Of a stretch of 64,000 bases of DNA, positions 1 to 16,084 are shown piece by piece. The stretch comes from the human T2T-CHM13v2.0 reference genome, Homo sapiens, in assembly GCF_009914755.1 (NCBI RefSeq), contig NC_060941.1. One strand, written 5' to 3'. Below the pieces are notes generated by a model that was not told where the DNA came from, did not search any database, and worked only from the letters and a program-made list of their open reading frames with translations. A program made the translations under genes and the position numbers. Position 1 is the stretch's first letter; each line of letters begins with the position of its first letter.

Positions 1-155
1 TGCCTTTGCCCATATTCGTGGCAGGCGGTTTGGCCCAAGCCTGCTTTGGTCTTGGCATTTCTAGCCCCTCAGTTATGCCCCGTGTGTCTCTGAAAGGGCC
101 TGAAGGTATTGCCCAGTTTCAGAAAGAAATTCTCACCACTAGCGGATCAGAGTTC

Positions 156-458
<303 letters not shown>

Positions 459-1672
459 TAGACAAGGTTGAGCATACAAGGACCTTAAAGGTAGATTTCA
501 GAAGCAGAGGGAGCCAGGCTGAGGGAGGCTGGTGAAGCCCCTCTGTTGGGGCATGTGGGGTCTTCTCCTGACCCTGGCCTCAAATGTGGCCCTGAAGAAG
601 TCTCCCTCCAGAGTGCGTATTCCTCCCGGAAGCCTGTGTGCTATCAAGTCACCAGCGTCTGACCCCATTAGTGAGAGAAGAGAAGCTTATGATTAACATC
701 AACCTTTTCTTCCTGGATCTTGGTTAGCAAGTGCGAGAGAAAAGTGAACAGCTAATTGCAAATGTAATTATAATGCACTGTCCTCTGTCTACCACGTGGA
801 GCCTCCAGACCCCAGTGTCTGCAGAACGGTTTGTTTCTCTTATCAGGGAGGACTCTGGAGCCAGCCACATGGAGACAGCACCCACGGGTTGGGGACTTGG
901 CTGGCGGGGACTTGGTATGAGGGGCGCACGGAGCTGCCCTTTTGGGATTGACCCTCCATCCTGCTCTCTCTGGCTGGACCAGAACCCCTGAGCTGATGGA
1001 GCTGGGGGCAGCAGCTGTGGGGGATGAGAGGCTGCCCAGTGTGTCTGTGGTCTGGGAGAGCAGGGGTTAGTCTTGGGGTGGGGAGGGAAGAACCCCAGTC
1101 CCTTTCTGGCCTCATGTGTGAGCACTCAATCAGGGAGCAGAGATGGCTAGAGAAGGCAAGTAAATGATTCTCTAAGTCCTTAGGGTTGACTTCCCAGGAA
1201 GCGTCCAGGTCTGGAGTTGGGACCCTAGGCTCTGCGGTCTTGGCTGGGCTGGCTCCCCATTCCTGCAGTTCTGCCCCTGCAGATGGAAACAGCTGGAAAG
1301 TTTTAGGGCACAGTTGCCCTGTGCCTCGCACTAGATGTGGGGCCTTTAAAGAACTTCCCTTTAGGGGCTGTACGATCTTCATGTCTTGGTACTTTCCCTC
1401 CACTTGTCTGCAGACTCCTCTTCTCCCTCCACTATTTCCTTGTTTTGCCTTCAGCTCTGAGTGACACTAGGCATGACCTTTCTTCTCTTTGAGACTCATC
1501 TGTAAAATGGAAAGTTTGTTGAATAGGAAGATCTGAGATTCTAAGTGAGGTGGATTGGAGATATCATTTGGAGTAAGTATGTATCTCGGACGGGCAGAGA
1601 GGGAGAGAGGGAGGGGGCAGAGGAGAGGAATAGTCTGAGTGCCACCTTTATGGTTAAGTAAACCATCATAGA

Positions 1673-1864
1673 CAGGGATGCCCTATACAGTTGTGCAGGT
1701 TGAGCACTGCCCAAAGGTGCCTGGCTGAGGCAGATCATGGAGGCTGAAATTCAGCCCTGCTCATTTCACCAAACCAACCGCTTGGGCCTCACCTGCACCA
1801 TTCAAGGAAGGGCTGCCTTTTCCCGTTTCACACAGATGTGCCTTATGGGCTAGCACAGGCCCTG
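1673..1864. mobile_element. MER91A-like hAT-Tip100 DNA transposon fossil
   Basis: CAGGG...CCCTG termini; internal TACAGTTGTGCAGGTTG, GGCTGAAATTCAGCC and ATGGGCTAGC match recalled consensus. Confidence 0.75.
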
Positions 1865-2279
1865 ATAAAGCCAGACTGGGGGGACAGATGATGAAATATT
1901 AGAGCAGAAATCCAAAGGGGATGATGGAACTTATCTTGTCCCCAAATAGGCATCCTTTGACCCCTAATTAAAATGCCTGTGCCAAGCATGGGGAAATAAG
2001 AACAAGACATGTCACAGCCCCAGAAAGCTTACACAGGGCAGGGGGAGAGAGGCATGTGACTGGAGACAAAGCACAATAGTACCATTGCTTTAAGCATGGC
2101 AACCATATTTATTTGAGTGTCAAATCAGGACATAGTGTACATTGTATGAGCACACATACAGGGCTCACAAAAAGGGGTTTTTGACTTTAGGAGTTTTCTG
2201 GTCAACCTGAGCATGAGTCTGGAGGAGTTATAGCAGAGTTTTGTACAGAGCATGGATGCATCGAGGGGAAATTTTGCTG

Positions 2280-3060
2280 GGAGAGTCAGGAAAAGTTCTC
2301 AGAGGAGATATTGAATGGTGGATGCCAGTTTGCCGAGTGATGATAGCGAAGGGTGTCTAGGCAGCGGGAACAGCACAAAAAGGTACTGAGGCTTGAAAGA
2401 AGACAGTTCTCACTGGGTTTAAGTTCAATGAGAGCCTGTACAGGCTGTCTGGGAAATGGGGAGCCTCGAATGCAATGCTGGGGAGCTTGGATTTTATCCA
2501 GGCGGATAAAATCCCTAGGGATTTTTATTTCTCTTAAGGGCTCTTAAACTCTCCTCTCCTCAAAGAGGTGATGAGGAGGAGGGAATGGAGATGGGGAGGG
2601 GCTGGAGGCAGGGAAGCCTTTTAGGAGGAAGTCATTGTAATAGTCCAGGGAAGAAATGGGTCGGCCTCGAAGGCAGACCTGGGGCTTGGGAGAAGAGGGC
2701 TGGGGCCAGTGACATTGCAGAAGGCATCAGGCACCAGTAGATCTGAGACCTGGAGGGAAGGAGGATTGGGAGGAGGAAGAGGAAGGAGAGCAGGCTCGGG
2801 GTGGGGGCGGGTGGGCTGTGAGTGTCCATTTGGACAATTTCATGGGAGATGCTGGAGATGCTGGAGCTCCAGGGGCAAAGCCATGGAGCTTTAAGGAACT
2901 CAGTGTTTGGGGCTGGTGAAGCTAGAGGAGACCAGGAAAACCCTGCAAAATCAACAATAACAGGCTGACATGGAGACCTAGGTAGGCTATGGCAAGGGGG
3001 TGGGATGGGAGAGACCGAGAAGGAGAATTAGAAGGGCAGGTGCATCAGGAGAGAGAAGAG
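2280..3060 (-). mobile_element. Degenerate L2 LINE relic
   Basis: L2-like motifs GGGAACAGCACAAAAAGG, GGAGCTTGGATTTTATCC, TTGTAATAGTCCAGG; boundaries approximate. Confidence 0.55.
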
Positions 3061-3264
3061 GTGTGGACACCAGGGAGAGTGACACTTACAAAGGTACAGA
3101 CGCATATGTACAGACATGTACATGTTCACACCTGATAAGGGCAGGAAGCATACACTTCTGAGATGAGCTGAAGTAACATCATCCATTTGATATGCTGTAT
3201 TATTTGAATATTTTACAGTGAAAATATGTGCATGTATTACTTGCAGCATTAAAAAGCAATTGAA

Positions 3265-3591
3265 GGCCCAGTGTGGTGGCTCATACCTGTAATCCCAGCA
3301 CTTTGGGAGGCCAAGGCAGAAGGATTGCCTGAGTCCAGGAGTTTAAGACCAGCCTGGGCACAAATCAAGACCCTATCTCTACGAAAAATGAAAAATAAAA
3401 AATAAAAAATAAAAAATTAGCTAGGTGTGGTGATGTGTGCCTGTAATTCCAGCCACTCAGAGGCTAAGGTGGGAGGATTGTTTGAGCCCAGGAGGTCAAG
3501 GCTGCAGTGAGCAGTGGTTGTGCCACTGTACTTCAGTCTGGGTGACAAAGCAAGACCTTGTCTCCAAACAAACAAACGAAAACAACAAACC
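3265..3591 (+). mobile_element. AluJ, full length
   Basis: J-type GGAGGATTG.. and GGTCAAGGCTGCAGTGAG; CAATTGAA on both flanks. Confidence 0.93.
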
Positions 3592-3600
3592 ACAATTGAA

Positions 3601-4375
<775 letters not shown>

Positions 4376-4435
4376 AAAAAAAAGACTAGAAGAGAAATAT
4401 GAAAAGCCCATGGGGAGAGGAGTTTTAAGAACCAG

Positions 4436-5413
<978 letters not shown>

Positions 5414-6702
5414 TCAGTTTTCCTGTGAAGAATCCTCCTGGCCAGAGGGCCCTAAAATCCCATTATCAGCCAGTGGTCCCCTGGGGGGTTTCCCCTGTGG
5501 CTTAGAGCCCCTGCAGCCTCTGGGACTTGCCTCTGGGACTCAGAGGCAGCGCCTTGGTTCTTTGATGTTGTTAATGATGGTAGAGTGAAGCTGTCCTCCT
5601 CTCTCACCAAAGAGTAAATGGAGTCATCACCTTGAGACTCATTGGAAGACCTGAGGGGGTGATAGTAGTGCCACCAGCCAGTGCTCCCGGAGGTGTAGGT
5701 TGGCCCTGAGACAGGGGGATGACCAAGCTGACTTCAGGAAGAGTTGGAGAGTCTCCAGTGGAGATTCTCCGGCGCCCAGGGGCAGGTGGGCGAGGACGAT
5801 GTTGAGGCTTGAAGATTTGGGGAGGCCAAAGCCAAACCCTGGTGCCCAGGCATGGAGAGTGAGTGCTGCCCAGGCTTGGCAGACAGCAGGCTGAAAGATG
5901 CAGTGCCAAACTGGGGAGAGGGGCTGCCAGGGTTGAAGATCAGAGGAGCGGATGGGGGAGCCGGGGCACTGTCAGGGCTTGAAGCAGGAGGCCGCCGGGG
6001 GTGGCATGTTGGGGAATCAGTGAAGCCAGGGGAGGCTGGGAGGAAGCAGGCATTGCCAAAGCAGCAGTGGGAAGGAGTCAGTGCCAGCTGAAGGCCGGGG
6101 GTGGGGAGCTGGGGCAGCAGGAGGGAGCCCTAGCACTAATTCCCTCCCCAGACTTCCTTCGGTTTTGCAACAAAAACAGATGCCCCTGTTGGTGAGTTGT
6201 AAACAGAGTTTTAGGGTTCAGAGGGTTCTTTGTGGGGTCTTTTCCAATCCTGTTTTTGCACAGATGGAGACAGCAAATGCCCAGAGTTGGGGAGGTTGGC
6301 CTATGCAAGGCCACCCGGTGAGTCTAGTGACAGGACCTGGATTGAACCTGCCTGCATGTCCAGGTCTCTGCCAATGTCTGTGGACTGTAGGGTGGGGACC
6401 TGGGGGGAAGGGGGTTCCCAGAGTGAAGGGCTCCAGTCCTGACCACAGGGAGCAGCAGTCCTACTGGGGAGGGAGACGAGACGAGGCTCAAACACATCTA
6501 AACCCAGCCATGGATGGAAGTTCTGTGTGCGCTGTCGGGGAAATATTCTGGAGCAACAGTGGACTGGCCCTCCGGGAGCCAGTGTCTTTGAGGGAGGTGT
6601 GCCACAGAAGCTGTAGCTTGGGCAGTGCTCCAAATAAAGGGGAGGCTTTTAAATCCATTAAGAGTTTATTTTCAGTGGAACCCAAATATCCCAGCATACT
6701 AG

Positions 6703-7051
<349 letters not shown>

Positions 7052-7426
7052 AAGGTGGAATTATTGTTGGGTGTCTAAAGCTAACCTTGGTTCCTCATGC
7101 TGTCTGAAGGGAGCCAGGGTGTGGGCCTCCAATCAGCAGATAATCCTGACCCCATAGGTCTGCTGGGGGACAGAGTTGAGGGCCTTCTCTTAGCTTTCGT
7201 CAACTGCAGCCCCAGGAATGTGCACCGCAGGCCAAGGGCAGAGGTCACTGGGGAAGTGTCCCGGAGAGCATCAGTTCGCCACCTCGTTAGACAGTGCCGC
7301 AGCCTGAGGTCCCGGGAGAAGTAACAGCCTCAATGTTTGATTTATTTCTAGGATGTTTGCGGCCTCGCATGTGACTAGAGGAGTGTTTGCCATTCTGGGA
7401 GGGCGTTAGCTTGAACTAGGGTGGTG

Positions 7427-7440
7427 CCGCCAGAGGGCAG
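7427..7440 (+). promoter_or_regulatory. Candidate CTCF site
   Basis: CCGCCAGAGGGCAG matches the CTCF core CCRSYAGRKGGCRS. Confidence 0.55.
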
Positions 7441-8386
7441 TGAATGGCCCTGGGATAGGTGCTCAGGAGAGTGGGCCTGGCTGGGCAGAGATGGAACTGT
7501 GGGGAGGGGCCGATGGTGGCCTGAACCCTGAACTGTCTCCACCCTGTGTTTGGCCTGGGGATGCTGAATGATTTGGAAGGGTGGCCCACCATCAGGGGAA
7601 GGGCGGGGTGTCCAAAAGTTCCTGGGGGCTGCAGGATGGGACCCATTTAGCCTCCGCAGTCATCTGACCCCCATGACTCAGGCCTGGCCCTGCCCTTGAA
7701 GGGCACTGGGCCAGTCTGAGCTCATCACCACTGCCCAGAGCAGAAGTGGTAAACAAGTTCACCCTCGGCCTCCCACCCCTGAGAGGAAGCAGAGGGTGAG
7801 GTGGGGGCCCTCAGGCAGCTCAGCCCAAGCCTTCTACATAATGCAGGTGCATGTCACGGGTGTCCCAGGGGCTGGTGGGGTGTGTGCTGGGCTCCTGCAT
7901 GCGGGCGACACGCACAGGTACATGCTTCCCTTCACTCACACTCATGGGGGTGCCCATGGCCAACCTTTCCAGGGGCCAACTTGGCCAGGTTCATGGGGAC
8001 CATTTTACCCCCTCCGTGATGTCCAGGGCCAACAGCCCAATGCTCATGAGGCTGGGCCTGAGGACTGGGGGTCCCCATGGAGTAACCCCTGGTTTGATTC
8101 CCTGGTCGTCAGGCCTCACGGCTCAGACCCATGTGCTATGGGGTCCCTTATGGCTTCTGGGACCCTAGAGATGCCACAGAAAAATATTCTTGGCCTACCT
8201 AGGTCCGTGGTAACATCTGAGAAGGTCCGATCTTCTTAAGCATCTTGCTTCTCCTGTTATCTTCTGCCCTCCCTTCCTCCCTCTTGCCTTTCTCTGTCTT
8301 CCTCCTTTTCTTTTTCATCCCCTGTCCTGATCTTTCTCCATCGCTTTTCTCCTCTCAGCCCAGGTAACTGTTATTGCTACTTGTAG

Positions 8387-8400
8387 CCACCAGATGGCAC
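8387..8400 (+). promoter_or_regulatory. Candidate CTCF site
   Basis: CCACCAGATGGCAC, near-optimal CTCF core. Confidence 0.6.
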
Positions 8401-8698
8401 CAGCGCATCATGTGTCCCCGGTCCTTGCTGGGGGTCCCCCCCCCACCCGCCAAGATGATTAACCTTTCACAACACCCACACCCTGTCCAACGCCTTCCCA
8501 GGACTTTACACCCAGAGGAAAACATGCAGCAAAATACCAGCAGGGCCAGGGTAGGGGCAGGAGCATCCAGCTCCCTGGGGAGAGCCTCTACCTGCCATTC
8601 CCTTCAGGGTGTCCGCCCACGCCCACCGAGGGTGTGATAGCCTTTACTCCCGGCAAGCCAGTGAGGTCCTAGTGATCATCTCCAGAGAACAGAATTCA

Positions 8699-9519
<821 letters not shown>

Positions 9520-9937
9520 CTAGTGTTGAGCCTGAGCTAGGTGAGGATATTCAAGGCAGGCTTCCTGGAGGAGCCAGGGAAGGGGTGGGCCAGGACTAGG
9601 GGAGGTAGGCTGAGTGAGGGTAGTGCCCTCTGTGACAGCCATGGGGCTAAGAGTTGTCCAATGATCTTCATGTGTGGGGAGCAGAGGTGGGGCTGTCACA
9701 GCCCTGTATTCAGGGGAGGGGACCGCGTTGGCCCTAACTTGGGCTAAGCTCCCCTCTGGCCCATCCCGCCGCCCCACCCCTCACTCCCTGTCCCGCTGGG
9801 AGGCTGGCTGTGGGCTGGGGCCAGGAGGGCCAGGGTGGGGTCCCTTCCTCAAGGCTGGAGCAGGATCCTCAGCAGGCTGTGGCAGTGCCCAGGAGCCAGA
9901 GAGGAGCCGCCGCCCCCCACCCCCTTGGGCCCCTCTG

Positions 9938-9956
9938 TAATTAGGGCTATTTTTAG
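9938..9956. promoter_or_regulatory. Homeodomain (TAATTA) + MEF2 (CTATTTTTAG) composite site
   Basis: TAATTA 9938-9943; perfect YTA(W)4TAR 9947-9956 in GC-rich unique DNA. Confidence 0.45.
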
Positions 9957-10350
9957 GCCCCTCTTCCTTCCTATTTCAGGCCTCTGGACTGGGCCGGAGA
10001 GTGGGCTGTCCTGGGGCCGCGGGCTGGAGCCGCTAAACTGGGCCGCGGCGTGGGAGCTGCAGCCACAGCAGAGACCACAGCCCGGGCGGAGTCCTGGTGG
10101 GGGAGGGGATCCCAGGACGTGGCCAGGCCTGGGGCAGGGCTGGGAGTGGGGGCGTGTCTTGGCTCATCAGACCCCTCCCTGGGCCCCTTATGGATCGATT
10201 CCACCCTCTGCCCATCCCTCTGCCAGTGCCCCCAGCCCTACTGATGTGAAGCAGTTAGTCCTTGGCCTGCAACTCTGTGTGTATCCAAAGATTGTGCAAT
10301 GCCAGCACTTTCAGGCAGTGTTGGCCCTAGGAGCGATGCCCAGAATGTTC

Positions 10351-10515
10351 ATAATAATGACCAGCATTTATTGAGTGCTTACTTTGTGCCAGTTACAGTT
10401 CCGGCGCTTTACCTGTATTAACTCACTGCTTACAACAGCACGTTGAGATCAGTGCTATTTTATCTCTATAAATGTCTCAGATAGAAAGATTGAGACTCAA
10501 AAATAGTTCATTTGA
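10351..10515 (-). mobile_element. MIR
   Basis: AGCATTTATTGAGTGCTTACTTTGTGCCAG...ATTAACTCA. Confidence 0.75.
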
Positions 10516-10516
10516 C

Positions 10517-10958
<442 letters not shown>

Positions 10959-12730
10959 TGAGACCCCATGTCTTTAAAAAAGAAAATAAAAGAAATAGTT
11001 GATGTATCCTGTGTCAGGCTTATTCTTGTCTTTGTTAGGTATTGGAGGAAGGAGATGCTGAGAGACATGCGTTTCTTCCCGGATATTTTCAGGCTCCAAT
11101 CTGAGGGTCCAGTACTATCAGGCATGGCTCCCAGGCAGCTGCCTGCTGACGCTCTGTCTGTCCATACTGCGATGGTCCGTGACCTGTCCTGCAGGCGGAA
11201 GGGTGGGTCTTTCCCAGCTGGTTCCAGTTAGGCACAAGAAAGCGGGCGAGGGGTATATTTAGCCCTGGTTTCTGGAGGAGCCAGAGGTCTTTCATCCTTG
11301 GAGGCGCCGGCCGCAGTGGGACTCAGCTTGCCAACGCTGGGCTCCTGGGCTGCAGGCTTCAGGGCAGAGAGTGGGGTCAGGGAGAAGAAGGGGCAAATGT
11401 GATCCTACCCATTTCAGGGGCCAGAGTTGAGGGCCAAGTGGTGATGCCAGGCAGGGCAAGCAAGGCTTGACTGCCATGCTCAGAATATGTCCCTGTAAGC
11501 TGGAGGGCTCCTGTAGGTAGTGGAGGGCAGGCCTGGTGGTGGGGGAGAGGGATAACCCGCTGCCTACCCCTCCAGCCCAGACCCAGCCTAGGCCTAGTAT
11601 GTCCACAGCGTCAGGTTTATTCTCTGGTGCTTAGCTCTGGCCTGGGAATCTGGGGGCCTGTCCTTAGGAGAAGTGAGCAGGGGCAGAGTTCAAGGAGTAG
11701 GGAGGGGGTACCCTAGACTGCCTGCCATGTTTGGGTGTTCATATTTGGAGAAGGTGGGAGGGTTGGGGGGGCAGATATACACGTGCAGGAGAGAAAGAGG
11801 CAGGCATAGAGCAGCAACAACATGCCACGTGGTGTGTTGGGGTCTACAGGAGGGGCGCACATGTTTGATTCAGCACTATGTGCTGGGGCTATGTAGTCTG
11901 AACATGGTGTGATGGGGCTGGTGGGCTGGGACCCCATGAGGTATGGAGGATTGTGTTGCTGGGATCTGGTGGTGTGTGGGTGTGAGATGACCCATGGGTG
12001 ACCGTGGCATGCTCCACTGTGGGTGACTAGGACATTGTGTGGCTCCATCATGCTGTCCATGGGGGCAGCCTGTGAGTATGATCGGAGATGAGGGACTAGA
12101 GTTTAAACTGTACGACTGTGATCTTGTGGGGTGTGTAATTATCCCCATGGATGTTGGTCTCTGTGTGTGAGACTGTGAGTAAACACATGTGTGGATGGAG
12201 AGTTTGGGGCTCTGACTCTGTGTGTGCGTGTGTGTGTGCGCACATACCCACGTGTGATTGTGATTCTGAGTGTAGCTGGGTGTGTGAAACGTGCACAGAC
12301 CTATCAGCCACTGCAAACGAGGCCTGCTCCCTGCTGAGGTTCATGGCCTCTTGCCCTTCCGGGGACCCCCACCCCAAAGCCACAGGCCCTCTGGGCCTGA
12401 GGGAGGGAACCCTACAAGTTGTAAGCGCCTGTCTCTCTCCTAATCCTTTCACCCCCACTCCCTCCGACCCGTCCCCACAGACTGCAGGCTTCTACCTGCC
12501 CCAGGCGGGAGGCAGGGGAGAGAAAGAGGAGCCTGCCCGCCTGCCCGCCGCCCCTCTGTCGTCTCCACGCTCAGACAAAGAGCTCACCCTGGTCTCTGTG
12601 GGCGTCTGGGAGACGCTGGGGGGATTAGCTGCCCGCACCGCCCTCTCCCCACCTTGTGCCAGCCCACCCGGCTGGCACCAACACCTCAAGCCCAGGGGCG
12701 GTGCCCTCACCGCAGCCTCTCTAGCCTGGG

Positions 12731-12733
<3 letters not shown>

Positions 12734-12779
<46 letters not shown>
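12734..12779. repeat. (GT)23 microsatellite
   Basis: Perfect dinucleotide run. Confidence 0.98.
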
Positions 12780-12780
<1 letters not shown>

Positions 12781-13329
12781 TTGCTCAGCAGGGGTATGTG
12801 TGGAAGCAGAGGTACAGGCCCCTGAGAAGCGGGTCTTGGGACACCACCTTCCATTGCTGGCCTGGGCAGGCTCTCACCTTGGTTTCTGCTTCTCTGTCAC
12901 TCCAGCCTGTGCTTGGAAGGCCTACATCTTTGTTGTCACCCCTGTGTCTTTGAATCCCTCATTCCCTGCCCTCTCACCCCTCCCCCACTGTTGACTGCAG
13001 CTCAGACCTTCCATTCTTTCCCCTGCATTCCTGGGGGAGGGCATGACCAGGCCAGTGAGCTCTGAGAGCAGGAGGGAGAGAAGGCGGCAGGCTTCCTCCA
13101 GTGAGAGCTAGGCATACCCCCTCAAGGCTAAGCTGTCCATTTCACCACGGGCTCAGGAGGGATAAGGCTGGATGGAGGAGACTTGGGGATGACACTGGGA
13201 GTGGCTATTACTTGTGTTTCAGGAGAGTCCCCTGTGGCTTCCCCTGCATCAGCAGAGCAACTAGTATATGGTTAGAGTAACTGTCTCATGACTTCAAGGC
13301 CCAAAGTTTGGCCCTTTTCTTCACATTGT

Positions 13330-13517
13330 GCAAAACCAGAAATGGTTTTCAAAATTCTTTCATGTTTATTTTCATTGGATTTTCACAACAGAAAGGGTGA
13401 GTATTGCTACTTTTCTCATTTCAGAGGTATTTAAACCAAGGCTCAGAGAAGTTAAGGGATTTATCCAAACTCACACAACTGGTGAGCAAGAAAGCGGAGA
13501 GAGAACCCAGGGTCTTG
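13330..13517 (-). mobile_element. MIR
   Basis: AGGCTCAGAGAAGTTAAGGGATTTATCCAA..CACACAACTGGT. Confidence 0.65.
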
Positions 13518-14070
13518 CTCTGTAAGTGTCAAGAGAGACCCTTTGGATCCTTCATAATTCCTGTGACCAGACCTCTGCCTCCCCAGTACCTGTCCCCTCC
13601 ACCCCTGAAGAATCTGCTGTCTCGGGAAACTCCAGAATGGAGCTGGGCCAGTGGGAGCTGGATGAGATGACCTGGCTCCTCCCTGAGTCACACCCAATCC
13701 TTGAGCAATCAGGTCCCAATTCCACGGACAGTTCTTATGGTCCATCCCATGCTTTTGAGAGAGTTATGGAAATCCTCCTCTTTCTGCTATGTGGGTTGGG
13801 GTCTACTTTGTTCTTAAAGAGCCCTCCATATTCTTTTTTATCCAAAAGTTATTACATAGTTTAGGCCCCTCCTGCTGCAGAAAAGGACTGTCTCCTTTGG
13901 TTTGGTCTTCAGTGGAGGTGGTGAGGCACTGGCCCCATCCCTTCTATGGGAGTGTGCTTCCAAGAAGGATGCTGGGATTTCCCAATGACTGGGGGAGGCC
14001 ATGAAGGTTAGGGAGCTGGCTCAGTGTCTTGAAATAAGAGATGACCTATAAATGTAGAGGAACACACAGT

Positions 14071-14450
14071 GGTGAGTGGGTGGATAAATATATAGAAGTG
14101 GGTGATGTCCAGGTGAGTGGATGGAGGATGCATGTGTGAGTTAGTGGGTAAGTGGATGGATGGATGAGTGGGCAGGTGGGGTTTGTGGATGGAGGAGCGG
14201 CTGATGTTTGGATGGATTTGTGGGTGTTTAGGTAAATGGATATAAGGGTGAATGGTTGAATGGATAGATTATTAGGTGGGTGCATGATGGATGGCTGGAT
14301 GGATGGATGGATGGTTGAATGGATAGATGGGTAGAAGAAAGAAAGGAAGAATAGGATGGATGAATGGATAGATGGATGGAAGGAAGGAAGGATGAATAGG
14401 TGATGGAAGGATGCATAGGCGAATGGGATAGTGGGTGGATAGGCATGAGA
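14071..14450. repeat. Degenerate (GGAT/TGGA)n simple repeat
   Basis: Many GGAT/GGAA units. Confidence 0.85.
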
Positions 14451-14694
14451 GTAGATTCGTGGCAGAGATTTGGGAGCCTGGAGGAGTCTTTAAAAGACAG
14501 ACTATACATAGTGAATGAGTTTTTCACATCTACCTTAGTTTTGGTCAGCTCTCAATCATCTAGACTGATGGAGAAAAACCATGCTATGGAAAAGTCTAGA
14601 AGGTGTTGGCCTATTTCTTGGTCTCTTCTGCCCTTCGGAAAAATCTTCTCTCGTGGGACTCTATGGCCTGGTTTCCCATGATTATAGGAGCCCT

Positions 14695-14900
14695 CATGCA
14701 TTGAGAACATGCTGGATGCCAGGTGCCTTACATACATCGTCACATTTAATTCTCACAACATCCCTTCAAGGTAGGGAGTACTTCTCCCATTTTACAAATG
14801 AGGAAACTGAGGCTCAGAAAGGTGAAAGGATATGCTCAGTATTACCCAGGCAGGATGTTGGAAAATCAGGATTCCTATTCAAGTTGGCCTGACTTCTCTG
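14695..14900 (-). mobile_element. MIR
   Basis: CATTTAATTCTCACAACA...CATTTTACAAATGAGGAAACTGAGGCTCAGA. Confidence 0.85.
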
Positions 14901-15997
14901 CCTCATGCCACCCCTAATTTCTGAACACCCCCCTCTCCCTGCAGTCCCAGGCCCAGCTGGAGAGAATGGGTCCAAGGAGCATCAACTGGAGGGACACATC
15001 AGAGAGGTGAAGGAGAGGGCTTCAGAGGATGCAAAGGCTAGAGGACCAGAGATGGGCCCACATGGGGATCCTCAAGGCTTCCAGGGCTGGTGCAGGGGCC
15101 AGTCAGCCTCTGTCTGAAATAAGAGGCAGCATGAAGGATTTGGGTGAGACCACCAGAAGGACTTTCTGGCCTAGAGGGGTATAGAACTCTGGAATGGGTG
15201 GAAGAGGGAAGGCATAGAGAAACATCCTTTGGAGAAAGCATCTTCTGGGAGCTGCAGTGAGGCTGACTTCCTGACCAGAGCAGGAGGTGGCTAGAGGTCA
15301 TTTCAGGACCTGCCCTTTCAGCCAAGAGGCTGGCATCCCTGCCTGGCTGGAAGTTCCGAACCTCAAGAGCTGGAGTTTTTCCGGCCCAAGGAAAGGCAAA
15401 TCATGGGGACTGGTCCTAAGATGCTGAAGCTGGAGCAGTTTGGAGCCCACTTCAGAACACTGAACCTGGGGCAGAGAGAGGCCAGGATGCTTTTTCTGGG
15501 AGACAGAGAGGTGGTGGCTGCAGGAACCATGAGAGATGCTCGCCTTGCTCAGAAGTCCCTGAGGTCAGCAGCCTGCCCTTCGCCTGGGGATGCTGCCCGT
15601 GAGCAGGTGGCTCTGACCTCTGGCCAGCTGTGGGCAGGGGTGGAGGAGGACTGGGGGGCTGAGACTGTGTGGTCCAGGTGGCCCGAGCAGAGGGTGGCCC
15701 CTCCTGTGTCTCTCCTCTCCCTCTGGCCTCGCCTCCTGGCCCTTTGATGCTCCTCTCACCACAGACTTCAAACAGGCTGCCCTCTGCTCTGCCCGCCGCC
15801 CGCCCTGCCTGCCTGCGATAATTAGAGCCTCACTCCCTGCCTCTTGCCCTCACTCTCTTCCCAGCTCTCCAGGGAAGCTCTGCCAGCTCTCTAGGCGCCG
15901 ATCCTCCATTCTTTTTTCATTTTCTCACCCCTTCTCTTTTTCTCCATCTCTTCCCTCTGTTCTTGGTTCTCTGTCTCTGATCCTCTGTCTAGATCAG

Positions 15998-16000
<3 letters not shown>

Positions 16001-16083
<83 letters not shown>
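16001..16083. repeat. (TC)35 microsatellite plus imperfect extension, inside a ~300-bp pyrimidine-rich tract
   Basis: Perfect TC 16001-16070; pyrimidine-rich ~15905-16210. Confidence 0.98.

Positions 16084-16084
<1 letters not shown>

Noticed and set aside
13721-13733. REST/RE1-like CCACGGACAG
   Set aside because: Right half only; the TCAGCA left half is absent.
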